64,000 bases of DNA from Bacteroidota bacterium (lineage in GTDB: Bacteria > Bacteroidota > Bacteroidia > Bacteroidales > VadinHA17), in the NCBI GenBank assembly GCA_018262715.1, contig JADFDS010000044.1:41527-105526 (forward strand), read 5' to 3'. The notes below the pieces were generated by a model. The model made no database searches and was not told the origin of the DNA. It saw only the letters and a program-made list of their open reading frames with translations. Position 1 is the first letter of the stretch, and each line of letters begins with the position of its first letter. Shown here in pieces: positions 18,204-25,319 of this stretch. A program made the position numbers and the translations under genes.

Positions 18204-18572
18204 TCTGAATTAATTGGTTAATGCCTCTGAAAAATCATTAACCAGATATCTGTTCAAAATGGTAATGTTCTTATGGCGAAAAAATGACTGAGCCTAGGCT
18301 GGTGGTGGTAGAAAGGATCTCTGAAAAATTTCGGGGAGATTCGCGGTCTATACAGATCTAACCTATGCCAGAATCGCGGCAAAGATACATTTTTTTCAGA
18401 TACCCCGCAAACAGGTCATGGCTGAATGCCGGTCGGTGTCAATCCGCGGACAGTCCACGAGACATTGCCGGCGAAAGCCTGCCTGAGTACAGGCGATGGA
18501 TCAAAGCCGGAGGAAACCGCCTCGCGGAGGGCAACCCGGGCAGCGTTGAAAATAAGTGTTATCTTGGCGGAT

Positions 18573-19133
18573 ATGAAAAAGATCGCTATCATCAGCCCAA
18601 GCGTGAGGCAGGGAAGGAAGAGCCACAGGGTGGCACTCTGGTTCCGTAGTTACCTGAAACAGAATAACCTGGCAGAAACTGATATCATTGACCTTTCGGA
18701 ATACCGGTTCCCGCTCTTTGAAGAGAGGCTGAAGATGCAGCAAACACCGCTCCCTGAAGCGATTGAGATTGCAGGGAGGGTCAGGTCGGCTGATGGCGTA
18801 ATCATAATCGCACCGGAATACAACGGAGGTTACCCGGCCAGCCTGAAGAATGTCATCGACCTGCTCACCGATGAGTGGCGCCGCAAGCCCGTAGCCATCT
18901 CCACTGTTTCAGACGGCCCCTTCGGGGGAACACAGGTCATCACCTCGCTCCAGTTCACCCTCTGGAAGATCGGAACGATCACAGTCCCGGCAATGTTCCC
19001 CGTGCCACGGGTCGAAGAAGCATTCAGTGAGACAGGTGTACCGGCAGAGGCCGAAGCCATGAACAGGCGCTCTGCCAGGTTCACTGGCGAACTCCTGTGG
19101 TTCATCGAGGCAAAGGCAAGGATGGAGAGCTGA
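18573..19133 (+). CDS. NADPH-dependent FMN reductase family oxidoreductase
   Basis: From the internal ATG it reads MKKIAIISPSVRQGRKSHRV...IIIAPEYNGGYPASLKNVIDLL, the typical flavodoxin-like FMN_red pattern. The track start at 18426 adds an unlikely 49-aa extension. Confidence 0.8.
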   Translation: MKKIAIISPSVRQGRKSHRVALWFRSYLKQNNLAETDIIDLSEYRFPLFEERLKMQQTPLPEAIEIAGRVRSADGVIIIAPEYNGGYPASLKNVIDLLTDEWRRKPVAISTVSDGPFGGTQVITSLQFTLWKIGTITVPAMFPVPRVEEAFSETGVPAEAEAMNRRSARFTGELLWFIEAKARMES

Positions 19134-19222
19134 CGCTTTCTCTCCTGCCCCATGGCTGCCCCTGATCCATGTCTTTTTATATTTTTCAAATAATGAGCCA
19201 CATAGCCATTTTGTGCAATCTT

Positions 19223-19238
19223 TGGCATAACTTTTGAA
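19223..19238 (+). promoter_or_regulatory. Sigma54-like -24/-12 element (weaker copy): TGGCAT-N5-TTGAA
   Basis: TGGCATAACTTTTGAA lies 44 nt upstream of the ATG at 19282. It aligns with the near-consensus site at 37233, matching about 18 of 20 surrounding positions by eye. Confidence 0.35.
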
Positions 19239-19281
19239 TTTTACTATCGCGAAGAGACAGTTCTTCGTAAAACGTAAAGAG

Positions 19282-20781
19282 ATGAAAAAGTTTTTCTGCA
19301 CTACGATCCTCACAGTCCTGATGGCTTCAGCGGCAATAGCCGGAAGGCAGGATTATCCTGAGGAGTACCTGGGTCTCCCGGGTGACAACCTGAACCTCTA
19401 CGCAGTCATGAATCTTTTCCAGGAGTCAGAGACTCTTGAGGCCTTTGAAAGAAGCCTTAACGAGGAGAACTCCAGGATCAACAACCTCGACCTGAACAAC
19501 GACGGTTATGTCGATTACCTTACCGTTTCCGATTTTGTCAGCGGCAATGTCCACACGATAGTCCTCCGTTCGGTTCTTGACCGTAACGAGTACCAGGACG
19601 TGGCAGTATTCACCGTTGAGCAGCTTCGCAACGGCGAGGTTCAGATACAGCTGATCGGCGACGAGGCTCTTTACGGAAGGAATTACATAGTTGAGCCTAA
19701 CTATGCTGAGACGCCCAATCCCGGTTACACCGGACGGACCGTCCAGAGGAACAATGTGACCGTGGTCACCACCACCTACTATGAGGTAGCAGCCTGGCCG
19801 GTGATCAGGTACATCTACAGTCCCCGCTACGTCATATGGCGCTCCAACTGGTACTGGGGTTACTACCCGGTCTACTGGCATCCCTGGAGGCCGTTCTTCT
19901 GGCACCACTACTACGGTTACCACTACCACTGGTATCCACACTACTACGCTCACTACCGTCACTGGCACCAGCCGAGGTGGAACCACTACCACGACTACTA
20001 CTACGGCAGCGTAAGAGCTTACTCACCCAATGTATCGCACCGCATCACTGCCGGTTCATACAAGCAGACCTACTCGAGGCCTGAAACAAGGAGAGACGGT
20101 GAAGCTCTTTACGCCAGCACGGCAGGAACACGCAGCAGGTCAGTCGGCAGTCAGGCAACAGCCGGAAGGAGGCAGTCTGAGACTGCAGCGGCAGCGCAGG
20201 ATCAGTCCCGCACACGCAGTGTCGGGACAACAGCCGGAAGGAGGCAGTCTGAGACTGCAGCGGCAGCGCAGGGCAGTGAGACACGCAGGTCGGCAACGAC
20301 CCAACCCGCAACCAGAACTCAGAGCAGCAGCAGCGGACGCAACAGCGCACCCGCAACCAGAACTCAGAGCAGCACCAGCAGAAGCAGCAGTGCTCCCGCA
20401 GCAAGAACTCAGAGCAGCACCAGCAGAAGCAGCAGTGCTCCCGCAGCAAGAACTCAGAGCAGCACCAGCGGACGCAGCAGTGCACCGGCAGCAAGGAGCC
20501 AGAGCAGCAGCAGCGGGCGCAGCAGCGCACCGGCAGCCAGGACCCAGAGCAGCAGCAGGAGCAGCAGCGTACCGGCAGCCAGGACTCAGAGCAGCAGCAG
20601 GAGCAGCAGCACACCGGCAGCAAGGACCCAGAGCAACAGCAGCGGACGCAGCAGCGGAACTGTCTCAAGCCGCAGCAGTAAAAGCAGCAGCAGAAGCAGC
20701 GGCACCCCTTCAAAGAGCAGCAGCAGAAGCAGCAGCTCATCAGGAAAATCAGACAACAGCAGCCGCTCATCCCGAAGATAA
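19282..20781 (+). CDS. Secreted protein: conserved N-domain with DxNxDG loop, Tyr/Trp/His-rich core and Ser/Arg/Thr/Ala-rich repeat tail (paralog of 37289..39121)
   Basis: Signal peptide MKKFFCTTILTVLMASAAIAG. The N-domain YPEEYLGLPGDNLNLYAVM...NNLDLNNDGYVDY...LIGDEALYGRNYIVEP is about 70% identical to the paralog by hand count. The aromatic block reads WYWGYYPVYWHPWRPFFWHHYYGYHYHWYPHYYAHYRHWH. I prefer the ATG at 19282 to the TTG at 19234. Confidence 0.7.
   Translation: MKKFFCTTILTVLMASAAIAGRQDYPEEYLGLPGDNLNLYAVMNLFQESETLEAFERSLNEENSRINNLDLNNDGYVDYLTVSDFVSGNVHTIVLRSVLDRNEYQDVAVFTVEQLRNGEVQIQLIGDEALYGRNYIVEPNYAETPNPGYTGRTVQRNNVTVVTTTYYEVAAWPVIRYIYSPRYVIWRSNWYWGYYPVYWHPWRPFFWHHYYGYHYHWYPHYYAHYRHWHQPRWNHYHDYYYGSVRAYSPNVSHRITAGSYKQTYSRPETRRDGEALYASTAGTRSRSVGSQATAGRRQSETAAAAQDQSRTRSVGTTAGRRQSETAAAAQGSETRRSATTQPATRTQSSSSGRNSAPATRTQSSTSRSSSAPAARTQSSTSRSSSAPAARTQSSTSGRSSAPAARSQSSSSGRSSAPAARTQSSSRSSSVPAARTQSSSRSSSTPAARTQSNSSGRSSGTVSSRSSKSSSRSSGTPSKSSSRSSSSSGKSDNSSRSSRR
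20171..20272 (+). repeat. Two in-frame copies of the intergenic palindromic repeat core, inside the CDS tail
   Basis: GGCAGTCTGAGACTGCAGCGGCAGCGCAGGATCAGTCCCG at 20171-20210, and GGCAGTCTGAGACTGCAGCGGCAGCGCAGG at 20243-20272. Both are translated as RRQSETAAAAQ. Confidence 0.85.
20290..20650 (+). repeat. Coding tandem repeat with a period of about 45 nt (units like STSRSSSAPAARTQS)
   Basis: agaactcagagcagcaccagcagaagcagcagtgctcccgcagca recurs at 20359, 20404 and 20449, followed by degenerate units. It creates long shadow ORFs in other frames. Confidence 0.8.
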
Positions 20782-20823
20782 GGGGCACAGAGCAGGTTGC
20801 TCAGTGCATTGATTATACCGCCA

Positions 20824-20859
20824 GGTGCAGGGGAAAAACACCCCTGCACCTTTTTTTTT
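20824..20859 (+). terminator. Rho-independent terminator
   Basis: Stem GGTGCAGGGG / CCCCTGCACC with a 7-nt loop, followed by T9. Confidence 0.8.
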
Positions 20860-20948
20860 CATGTACCTGAACCCCTATTGTGAATTAGAATATTTTCTAT
20901 TTACTTAGATGCGCTTAACTTAAACCTAAAAACCAAACTAGTGTCATG

Positions 20949-21626
20949 TCAATTATGAATTGACGGATATAATCTGTGTAATTTCACTCTGGCATCTGTG
21001 GTTGTAAACTGCCATTTTATTCTTGAGTCCTTATTATTCCGGTTACTTTGCCAGGCTTTGACCTCAGTCTTAATCGTTTGTAAATCCTCAATTCTTCTGT
21101 TCAGGCATTGCTTTGTTAGTACATTGAGCTCAATCTCAGCCATATTCAGCCAGCTACCATGTTTAGGTGTAAAAATAAACTCAAGGCGATCCCATATCCT
21201 CTTTGCCTCCTCGGGTTCAAACGTCTCATATAATGCGGCAGCACTGTGTGATGACAGATTATCCATAACCAGTGTGATAACCTCTGCGTCAGGGTATAAC
21301 TTATCGCATATGTATTTTACCAATAATGCCCAATCTTTCTTGGTCCTTTGGTTGGTGACCTTTGTGAAGCGCTTTCCTGCCAGTGGTTCATTTATCATGA
21401 AAACATTGCATACACCACAACGTGAATATTCATAATCAACCCTTTCTTCAAAGCCTGGCTTGGGAGGCAATGCTCTGCGAACCTCTTTTATCAGCTGTTT
21501 TGGCGTTTCATCCATACACACTACCGGCCTTGATTTGTTGTATGGGCGTTTGTAAACATCCAGAACCTGCTCCATCGCTGCCACAAAGTGACTGTTTTCT
21601 TGGGGAGGAATCACCCATCCCTTCAC
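20949..21626 (-). CDS. IS630 transposase, DDE catalytic part (orfB; likely expressed as an orfAB fusion)
   Basis: WVIPP, VVCMDETP, LVMDNLSSHS and FTPKHGSWLNMAEIE are the DDE motifs typical of the IS630/Tc1 superfamily. Confidence 0.85.
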   Translation of the reverse strand: MKGWVIPPQENSHFVAAMEQVLDVYKRPYNKSRPVVCMDETPKQLIKEVRRALPPKPGFEERVDYEYSRCGVCNVFMINEPLAGKRFTKVTNQRTKKDWALLVKYICDKLYPDAEVITLVMDNLSSHSAAALYETFEPEEAKRIWDRLEFIFTPKHGSWLNMAEIELNVLTKQCLNRRIEDLQTIKTEVKAWQSNRNNKDSRIKWQFTTTDARVKLHRLYPSIHN

Positions 21627-22084
21627 TCTCCAAGGCTTAAGTTCGTTTTTTTTAGAACCTTTCTTACAGTCTCATGCGAAATGACATCAACATATTCCAA
21701 CTCTACCATACGGTCTGCAAGTAATCTTAATGACCATCGGGCATAACCCTTTGGTGGTTTACCGCAAGCAATCGCTATTAAATGAGCCTCAGCTTCTCCG
21801 TCTACTCTCTTTCGATATACCCTGCTTGTTGGGGCAATGTCCAGTGCGGCATCAAGTCCTTCAAGAACAAACCGCTTCTTTACCCGGTCTATCGTTCTCA
21901 TGCCGATCTTGAGAACTTTGCAGATCTCTTCATTGGTTTGCTGATCTTCAGAGTACTTACCTTCATCAACATTAAGCAGGATTAGTGAATGAATAACTTT
22001 CTTGGCAGTATGACTGCCTTTTCTGGTTATCTCTTTCAATTGTTCTCTCTCTTCCTGGGTAAGGGTTACTTTGTACTTTATCAT
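21623..22084 (-). CDS. IS630 transposase, N-terminal HTH part (orfA)
   Basis: 153 aa with helix-turn-helix segments. It ends at ...VLKKTNLSLGE just after an A8 run. Confidence 0.85.
   Translation of the reverse strand: MIKYKVTLTQEEREQLKEITRKGSHTAKKVIHSLILLNVDEGKYSEDQQTNEEICKVLKIGMRTIDRVKKRFVLEGLDAALDIAPTSRVYRKRVDGEAEAHLIAIACGKPPKGYARWSLRLLADRMVELEYVDVISHETVRKVLKKTNLSLGE
21646..21653 (-). promoter_or_regulatory. Putative -1 programmed ribosomal frameshift site (A AAA AAA)
   Basis: Frame 0 reads CTA AAA AAA ACG (LKKT...stop). The -1 frame continues AAC GAA CTT AAG CCT TGG = NELKPW RVKGWVIPP, restoring the canonical IS630 KKNELKPW junction. Confidence 0.6.
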
Positions 22085-22151
22085 GGCTTTTATTTTTGAT
22101 AAAGATACAAAATATTTAATTACGTCATACTATAGTTGACATGACACTAGT

Positions 22152-25100
22152 ATGAAGAAACTTTCACTGTTGATTGGTTTGCTTGTATTGAGTGTGACAG
22201 CACTTATCGGGCAAACGAAAGTCATTACAGGCACAGTTACCTCCGCCGTTGAGGGGGAGGGCGCTCTGCCGGGAGTTACCGTACAGGTTAAGGGGACAAC
22301 AATTGCCACCCCGACCGATGTCAACGGTAGATACTCATTAAATGTGCCGGAAAACGCAACTACTCTTGTTTTCAGCTACATCGGCATGAAAAAGCTGGAA
22401 GTTGAGATCGCAGGACGGTCAGTCGTAGACGCAGTTCTTGAATCTGAAATGGTCGGTCTGAATGAAGTGATTGTATCCGCATTCGGTATCAAGCGTAATG
22501 CGAATGAGATCGGTTCAGCCGTTACCACGATTGAGAATGAATTGATTACCCAGGCAAAAGCCACCGACGCCGCATCGGCCCTGTCAGGTAAGATTGCCGG
22601 CCTTCAGATCAATACCGTGAATGCCAGTGTTAACCCTGATGTCAGGGTCGTCCTCAGGGGTAACCGCTCATTCCTGGGCAACAACCAGGCTCTGCTCGTC
22701 CTTGACGGCATCCCCGTTAACCTTGCCTACCTCTCAACCCTGAACCCGAATGACATTGAAAGCATGAACGTCCTCAAGGGCGGTAACGCTGCTGCTCTTT
22801 ACGGTTCAGAAGCCGCAAACGGTGTTATCATCGTGACAACCAAATCAGGATCGCGTGACAAGACCTCCATCCAGTTCAGCACAACAACAACCTTTGACAA
22901 AGTATCATTCTTCCCGCAGCTGCAGGATCGCTTTGGCTCAGGTTCAGCATCTGACAACTACGGCAACCCGCTTTACGAAGCTTTTGAAAATCAGTGCTGG
23001 GGACCGGAGTTTGACGGATCAATGGTTCAGATAGGTCTCGATGATGAGAATGGCGCAAAACTGATAGTACCCTATTCACCACTCCCGGATGAGAAGTACA
23101 AGTTCTGGGATACCGGCATGACCTATCAGAATGACCTTTCATTCTCTTCGGGAAATGAGACAGGTACCATCTACCTTGCCATACAGGATGTAAAAATCAA
23201 TGGCGTTGTCCCCGGAGATGAAGCCCGCCGTGACGTATTCCGTTTCAACGGATCAAAGAATTACAGAGGCTTTACAGCCAGTGCAAGCATCAACTACACC
23301 ATCCGTACAACCAATACCTCAAGGTCAGGTGTCTACTGGAACGTTCTGAACACCCCCATGCAGATTCCTCTTACCGACTTCAGCGACTGGAGCGGCAAAT
23401 ACACTGACGCGGCAGGAAATCCTATGACAAACTGGGCAGACATAGACCATTATTATAATGCATATTACCCCAACCCCTACGAAGAGCTTGAAAGGCTGAG
23501 GCAGGAGACAAGGAGAGACTACTTTACCGGTGTCGTTACCCTTGAACAAAAATTCACGAAGTGGCTCAAGTTCGAGGTCAGAGGTTCAATAGCCCCAAAC
23601 TGGTATCGTTACGAGAATAAGAACTATGCCCGTACCTACAGTCCGTACGGACTTCTCATGTACACACAGTATGGCCGCAGCGTAAGCCGTACCAAAAACC
23701 TGTCAGCCTATACCGTTGGTGAAAACATGGGCTTCAGGTTCACCACCGATGCTATCCTTACATTTGATCACAAGTTCAATGACATTTCAGTAAGGGCTAT
23801 CGCCGGCGGAACCACCAGGGACAGCTTTGGCAAGAGCGGTGAGCATGTTGCTGCCACTCTCGAAATCGATGACTTCTTCAATATCAAGAACCGTGTTGGG
23901 GAACTTGGCGGATCAGCCAGCTGGAACCAGAACAGGAGCATGGGTCTCTTTGGAGACATAACCCTTGGTTACAAGAACTATGCTTACCTGCATGCTTCAG
24001 GCAGAAATGACTGGTCGAGCCTTCTTGATCCCAGCCAGTGGTCATTCTTCTACCCGGGCGTTGATGCATCACTTGTCCTTTCAGAGCTTATTCCGGGCCT
24101 CAAGGGTGATATCATCAGCTACCTGAAAGTCAGAGGAGGTGTATCAAAGGTTGGTTCTATCAACATTGACAACTACTCACTTGAGAATACTTTCGGTGTT
24201 GCAGGCAACTTCCCCTTCGGAAGCCTTTCAGCATACAGTGTTGGTAACACCCTCAACAACAGGTATCTTGAGCCTGAATTCACCCTCTCAAAAGAAGCCG
24301 GGGTGGACATCAGCTTCCTGAACAGCCGTATCAACACAAGCATCACTGCTTACCAGACGAACACCACCAACCAGACGGTTGATATGACGGTTTCAAGCGC
24401 AACCGGTTACACCAGCTCCAAGATCAATGCCGGTGAGATGCTTAACAAGGGTATTGAGCTTGAACTCAAGACAACCCCGATAGCTACTCCCAACTGGAGA
24501 TGGGATTTCAATGCCAACTATGCATACTGGTATAACAGAGTTGTATCACTTGCAGGCGACCTTGAAGAAATCGACCTCGGCAACACTGCCATATATGCTA
24601 TCAAGGGCATGGCCTTCCCGACAATCAAGGTTACCCAGTTTACACGTGACCCGCAGGGAAGAGTCATAGTTGACGGAACAACCGGCATGCCTACGATCGA
24701 TGCACAGACCATCCCGAGAGGCCAGACGGTTCCCAAGCACCTTATCGGACTTCAGTCAAGCCTCAGCTGGAAGAACCTTTCGCTCGCAATCAGTGCTGAT
24801 TATCGCGGCGGACATATCTTCCGTTCCGACCTGTATTATGACCTTCTCTTTACCGGTGTCGGCAAACTTTCTGCCATCAACGCACGTGAAAGATTCGTAT
24901 TCCCCAATTCAGTCATAAATACAGGGACCGCAGAAAACCCGGTTTACACTCCCAATACGAATGTTACAATTCAGGACGGTGGCGCCGCATGGTGGACAAG
25001 CACGATGAGAAACCTCAGCTACTACTCAGTGAACAGCGCTGCTGTATGGAAGATCCGCGAAATATCACTCACATATGATATTCCTCAGTCAGTACTGGGC

Positions 25101-25292
25101 TTTACGAATAACGTCGTTAAAGGACTCACAGTTGGTGTTGTCGGTAGAAACCTGTTCATGTTCCTGCCGAAGAACAACCTCTACACAGACCCGGAATTTG
25201 GCAACACCACAGGTAACGCTGTCGGTCGGACAACCAGTTCTCAGACTCCTGCAACAAGGACTTACGGTGTCAACCTGACTGTATCCTTCTAA
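22152..25292 (+). CDS. susC: SusC/RagA-family TonB-dependent outer-membrane transporter
   Basis: 1046 aa. It has a CarboxypepD_reg-like start (ITGTVTSAVEGEGALPGVTVQVKGTT), plug motifs (LSGKIAGLQI; VLDGIP; MNVLKGGNAAALYGSEAANGVIIVTTK) and a C-terminal aromatic residue. Confidence 0.92.
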   Translation: MKKLSLLIGLLVLSVTALIGQTKVITGTVTSAVEGEGALPGVTVQVKGTTIATPTDVNGRYSLNVPENATTLVFSYIGMKKLEVEIAGRSVVDAVLESEMVGLNEVIVSAFGIKRNANEIGSAVTTIENELITQAKATDAASALSGKIAGLQINTVNASVNPDVRVVLRGNRSFLGNNQALLVLDGIPVNLAYLSTLNPNDIESMNVLKGGNAAALYGSEAANGVIIVTTKSGSRDKTSIQFSTTTTFDKVSFFPQLQDRFGSGSASDNYGNPLYEAFENQCWGPEFDGSMVQIGLDDENGAKLIVPYSPLPDEKYKFWDTGMTYQNDLSFSSGNETGTIYLAIQDVKINGVVPGDEARRDVFRFNGSKNYRGFTASASINYTIRTTNTSRSGVYWNVLNTPMQIPLTDFSDWSGKYTDAAGNPMTNWADIDHYYNAYYPNPYEELERLRQETRRDYFTGVVTLEQKFTKWLKFEVRGSIAPNWYRYENKNYARTYSPYGLLMYTQYGRSVSRTKNLSAYTVGENMGFRFTTDAILTFDHKFNDISVRAIAGGTTRDSFGKSGEHVAATLEIDDFFNIKNRVGELGGSASWNQNRSMGLFGDITLGYKNYAYLHASGRNDWSSLLDPSQWSFFYPGVDASLVLSELIPGLKGDIISYLKVRGGVSKVGSINIDNYSLENTFGVAGNFPFGSLSAYSVGNTLNNRYLEPEFTLSKEAGVDISFLNSRINTSITAYQTNTTNQTVDMTVSSATGYTSSKINAGEMLNKGIELELKTTPIATPNWRWDFNANYAYWYNRVVSLAGDLEEIDLGNTAIYAIKGMAFPTIKVTQFTRDPQGRVIVDGTTGMPTIDAQTIPRGQTVPKHLIGLQSSLSWKNLSLAISADYRGGHIFRSDLYYDLLFTGVGKLSAINARERFVFPNSVINTGTAENPVYTPNTNVTIQDGGAAWWTSTMRNLSYYSVNSAAVWKIREISLTYDIPQSVLGFTNNVVKGLTVGVVGRNLFMFLPKNNLYTDPEFGNTTGNAVGRTTSSQTPATRTYGVNLTVSF

Positions 25293-25319
25293 TAACCCAT
25301 TCAAAATTTCAGAAAGAAC

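Larger units (their letters stand above)
20941..22147 (-). mobile_element. IS630-family insertion sequence (about 1.2 kb) with 12-bp perfect terminal inverted repeats and a TA target duplication
   Basis: Left end GTGTCATGTCAA (20941-20952) and right end TTGACATGACAC (22136-22147). TA flanks both ends (20939-40 and 22148-49). It is visibly more AT-rich than its flanks and encodes a two-ORF transposase. Confidence 0.85.

Noticed and set aside
18426-18572. 49-aa N-terminal extension of the FMN reductase ORF
   Set aside because: The family normally begins at MKKIAII... The extension is unlike the rest of the protein and coincides with the GC-rich structured leader.
18400-18572. Assignment of the leader to a known riboswitch class (FMN, TPP, cobalamin, c-di-GMP)
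   Set aside because: I could not find the conserved core sequences of any of these classes. It is reported only as an unclassified structured candidate.
20030-20812. Long alternative-frame ORFs over the repeat tail: 260 aa on the plus strand, a Cys-rich 247 aa on the minus strand at 20045..20788, and 87 aa at 20586..20849
   Set aside because: They are shadows of the AGC/GCA-rich 45-nt tandem repeat and have no independent start context. The frame continuous with the conserved N-domain is the parsimonious one.
22130-22324. 64-aa minus-strand ORF across the IS end and the susC start
   Set aside because: It overlaps the susC N-terminus on the opposite strand and crosses the IS boundary, so it is an artefact.
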